NCBI RefSeq assembly: GCF_006345805.1
Contig: NC_043004.1
Span: 11,532,001-11,596,000, forward strand
Origin: Octopus sinensis
Lineage: Eukaryota
Direction: 5' to 3'
Length of the DNA stretch: 64,000 nucleotides
Shown: one piece after another, positions 60,075-64,000 of the stretch
Numbering within the stretch: position 1 is the first letter of the stretch
Layout of the letters: every line of letters begins with the position of its first letter
Program-made: the position numbers and the translations under genes
Notes under the pieces: generated by a model
What the model was told of the DNA's origin: nothing
Database searches by the model: none
The model's input: only the letters and a program-made list of their open reading frames with translations

Positions 60075-60369
60075 TATATATTAGAAAAAATGAGGTAATC
60101 AGATCGGATGGTTCATATTTATAGATATTTATTTATATATTACATTTTTTACATATATATCATATCATTCAGATCATATTCGGATTAGCGCTTTCTCCCA
60201 ATCCAGTGGGGTTTTCAAATCAAATTTGAAAACCCCACTGGATTGGGAGAAAGCGCTAATCCGAATATGATCTGAATGATATGATATATATGTAAAAAAT
60301 GTAATATATAAATAAATATCTATAAATATGAACCATCCGATCTGATTACCTCATTTTTTCTAATATATA
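60075..60369. repeat. Perfect palindrome: 146-bp arms with a 3-nt loop (CAA, 60221-60223)
   Basis: 60075-60220 is the reverse complement of 60224-60369, with no mismatch found by eye. Confidence 0.95.
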
Positions 60370-60576
60370 ATACCTGTACATCATCTTCAACCTTCCAATA
60401 TATATAATATATATAATATATATATATACAGACGCCATGATAGATCGTTAGCTACTACACATTTTTTCTCTCCTTGTTTTTTCTGTGTACCTTTCTCTAG
60501 AAGAGCGCTATACTAATACATCTGTTTGTTTTGTACACCACCTGCCTTCGTCTTTCGTTTATTTTCGTAAACTTTC

Positions 60577-60614
<38 letters not shown>

Positions 60615-60618
60615 TATG

Positions 60619-60683
<65 letters not shown>

Positions 60684-60705
60684 TATAATATATATATATA
60701 TATAT

Positions 60706-61616
60706 CTATATATATATAAATTTATGGAAAACAGTCAAGGTAGAAAATGCTAAAATAATTTTATAAAAAAACATTTTAGTACCGGTTTCGGTCATTGAAA
60801 CTTTTTCAACTGTAAGTATGGAAAGCAATTAAATTTTAGGTCACTTGACCATTTACACCTTACTACTATCATACTACCTACATTCCTTATTATTCTCCCT
60901 TCTTCTTCTCTTCTTCTTCTTCTTCTCTTCTTCTTCTTCTTCTTCTTCTTCTTCTTCTTCTTCTTCTTCTTCTTCTTTTTAAAAATTCAATTGTTTTTCA
61001 TACTTACATTTGAAGAAGTCTCAATGGCTGAAACCTGTATTGAAATGTTTTTTTATAAAATTACCTTTCATATATATCAACTGTCGTGTTCCTTTTTAAC
61101 CTTCTACACACACACACACACTATATATATATATATATATCTATATATATATAAATTTATGGAAAACAGTCAAGGTAGAAAATGCTAAAATAATTTTATA
61201 AAAAAACATTTTAGTACCGGTTTCGGTCATTGAAACTTTTTCAACTGTAAGTATGGAAAGCAATTAAATTTTAGGTCACTTGACCATTAACACCTTACTA
61301 CTATCATACTACCTACATTCCTTATTATTCTCCCTTCTTCTTCTTCTTCTTCTTCTTCTTCTGCTTCTCTTCTTCTTCTTCTTCTTCTTCTTCTTCTCTT
61401 CTTCTCTTTTCTTCTTCTTCTTCTCTTTTCTTCTTCTTCTTCTTCTTCTTCTTCTTCTTCTTCTTCTTCTTTTTAAAAATTCAATTGTTTTTCATACTTA
61501 CATTTGAAGAAGTCTCAATGGCTGAAACCTGTATTGAAATGTTTTTTTATAAAATTACCTTTCCATATATATCAACTGTCGTGTTCCTTTTTAACCTTCT
61601 ACACACACACACACAC
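60706..61616. repeat. Tandem duplication of a unit made of two inverted hammerhead-like arms around a (TTC)n tract
   Basis: Units start at 60706 and 61141. Within unit 1, ~60755-60838 is inverted at ~60981-61063. The (TTC)n tracts differ in length and pattern between units. Confidence 0.9.
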
Positions 61617-62554
61617 ATATATATATATATGTAATATGTATTTATGCATGTATGCATATGTCTTTGTATGTGCGAGTATACATACATATATGTGTGCATG
61701 TGTGTGTAGATGTGTGTGTGTAAGTTTACATAATAATTTCTAATCAAGCAGCAGTTAAGCATTTAATATAAGTGTAATTAATAAACTTTAATGACAAAAT
61801 TCGACCGGATTTCCAGTATTTACCATTCTGTTTTCACATCCGCCATATTATATTAAGAATTATTTAATCCACTATATTTATGCATTTTTTAGAAGGTAAC
61901 TTTTTTTTCCTTCGAAGAAAATGCTTTTACCATTGTCAGCAGGTTGGAACTCTTGTATAGTTTTGCTGACACCATTATGATAATCTCCATGTGTTCATAA
62001 ATCGGGTGGACTACATGGCATGTCTGAACCGCTTGTAGTAAGTTTATTAACTCAGATTAGTCAGTTGATAGCGTTATACGGCTCGGTTTCATTACAGCCC
62101 ACTTCGGTGAACATAGAACTTACATATACGAACGTATAAAATAACACTGAAATTATTATATAAAATTTTAAGTGGGTTTTGCTTTACTGTAAGGGGAAAT
62201 ACACACTTGCACACAGACACAAATGAAAACACACATATACATGTCTCTGTCTGTGCTCGTATGCGTATTTTAGTGTGTTTATGTGCATTTATCTATTTTC
62301 AGTCGAACCTGATTTAACCACTTACAGTCGAATTTGTTTTAAATAATCTACCAGAATTCCAAAGCGTACTGGAACACCTAGGTGTATTGGTCCGTGCAAA
62401 TGCGCATGCGTATATTTTGTAGTATATTTGCACAGTCATCCAATTCTTTTGTAAAATCATATTCATTTACCATCTCTATAAGTTTATATATAGAATCTAT
62501 AGTTAATTACACTATTACAATGTATAGCCGTCACTCACAAGCGCGTATGCCATT

Positions 62555-62786
62555 AAGGCGGCGAGCTGACAGAAACGTTAGCACGCCGGGCGAAATGCGT
62601 AGCCGTATTCTGTCTGCCGTTACGTTCTGAGTTCAAATTCCGCCGAGGTCGACTTTGCCTTTCATCCTTTCGGGGTCGATAAATTAAGTACCAGTTACGC
62701 ACTGGGGTCGATATAATCGACTTAATCCGTTTGTCTGTCCTTGTTTGTTCCCTCTGTATTTAGCCCCTTGTGGGTAGTAAAGAAAT
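62555..62786 (+). mobile_element. Nin/Deu-domain SINE, full length, tail type B (reference copy)
   Basis: Head AAGGCGGCGAGCTGACAGAAACGTTAGCACG, B box GAGTTCAAATTCC, Nin/Deu-like core, and tail GTCTGTCCTTGTTTGTTCCCTCTGTATTTAGCCCCTTGTGGG..TAAAGAAAT. Confidence 0.92.
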
Positions 62787-64000
62787 AGGTATCATGTACC
62801 ATGTTTTCCCTAATTGTTCTTGATGTCTGTATAGCCGCAAGAAGATATAGGCAAATTCTTGGCATCTCTGACGCTTGAGGCAGCAAAATGCTGAGGAAAT
62901 GACCAGCTGAAGAGAAAGAGGACTGCACGAGTACTGAGCCGGTACTCATTTTCAGTTGAATAAACTTGAGAAACGTAAAATGACGTTCCTTGCCCAAGGA
63001 GATAATTTGCTGCCCTAACCTCGCATCGAACCCACGACATCATGATAGTGACTCCTACTCTCTAACCATTAGACCACAATCTTCCATTCAATTACACTCT
63101 GTGTCTTTCAGTATTTATCATTTCGTCAAGAAATAATTCGACTGAATTACATTAGAAAGGATCTATTATATTTGCAGTCTTTTTCTTAACCATACTCCCA
63201 GCCCGTTATAACAGTACATCATTACTTTTATAACCAACTAACTCTGGTTTCATCGGATGGTTCTTTTAACATGCTAGGTAAAAAAAACAGGTTGCTAGCC
63301 AGTTTCGCAGCCCTATTCCACTTCTTGGTGTAGAAAATACTGTAAGTGGTTCACCCCTGTATCTCTCAGAGAGATGTGTAGCTGATTCTCAAAACGAAAA
63401 ACAGAAGAATTAACTCAAGAAAGATGTACAACGAAGATAAAGTCAGCAGCGCTAGAATTCAAAACACTCCGAACCAGAGTATCTGCCACACGACAACTTT
63501 TCGACGCTCTATTCTGCAATTCGATCTTTTTTGTAGTCCTTTGCATTGATTGAAAAACGTGTTAGATTTATGAATACTCAGGGCTGTCTATTAGACTTTG
63601 AAGTTAACTCTGAACTTGTATTTTACGTTTTATTTCGTTTTATTTCACCAGCTTGTATTATTTATGCGTCGAATTAACCATTTCTTTATTTTAAAAATAT
63701 TTGGTGTCAGTTTTGTCTATACAGGGTCTCAAAAATGATCAGTAATGTATAAACAGTCAATTTAACTACTAGCCTTCTGTCAATTATTTTACATCGATAA
63801 ACTACTACATGGTAAAATGCGTGTAGTTTGAAAATTTTGAAAGCAAGAATCTAATTTTTCAATGCAGCAGACTTCACACAGACGACTACGGAGTACGGCT
63901 TTGAAAGCCGATTATCTTTGAAAGCTCGAGAGAAAGCAACTTCACATATCAGATTCAGCAAGTTTGTTAATCTGAACTCAAAAGTCTCAACGAATGTAAT

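Noticed and set aside
1007-61762. The many ORFs rich in IY, CV, HT, LSIY, poly-I/L/Y/M
   Set aside because: They are translations of (TA)n, (CA)n, (GATA)n and (TTA)n microsatellites, which lack stops in some frames. No coding signal.
63867-64000. Frame open to the right edge after TTTTCAATGCAG (DFTQTTTEYGFESRLSLKAREK..)
   Set aside because: Under 50 codons, mediocre acceptor, no recognisable motif. Needs downstream sequence.

Overview
AT-rich, repeat-saturated eukaryotic DNA, almost certainly intronic or intergenic. The SINE families recognisable here point to a coleoid cephalopod, most likely Octopus (recalled family resemblance, not a database result). No intact protein-coding gene is supportable: nearly all entries in the ORF track are translated microsatellites or SINEs. 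There is only a possible coding exon at the left edge (2-90) and weak exon candidates near 29.2, 36.0 and 57.5-58.4 kb. Recognisable content: dozens of tRNA-derived SINEs from about five families; 3' fragments of R4/Dong-like, HERO-like, Tx1-like and RTE-like LINEs; decayed Tc1/mariner, maT, Merlin and Helitron sequences; a TA-flanked MITE; a 1.5-kb element with 246-bp inverted repeats; and a degenerate tRNA-His gene. The most notable signal is a near-identical ~3.9 x ~600-bp tandem array (7069-9401) inserted in a (TA)n tract. Copies 1-3 each carry an intact type I hammerhead ribozyme on the minus strand, with a palindromic 2-bp stem III and an unusually long 76-nt stem II. Copy 4 has a damaged one. 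This suggests a retrozyme or Penelope-like unit that could yield ~600-nt self-cleaved or circular RNAs. Several other unrelated non-coding elements in or beside (TA)n tracts carry intact-looking, single-mutant or decayed minimal hammerheads, often in inverted or circularly permuted arrangements. Together they suggest a diverse TA-targeting, ribozyme-bearing retroelement system. All alignments and folds were done by eye.
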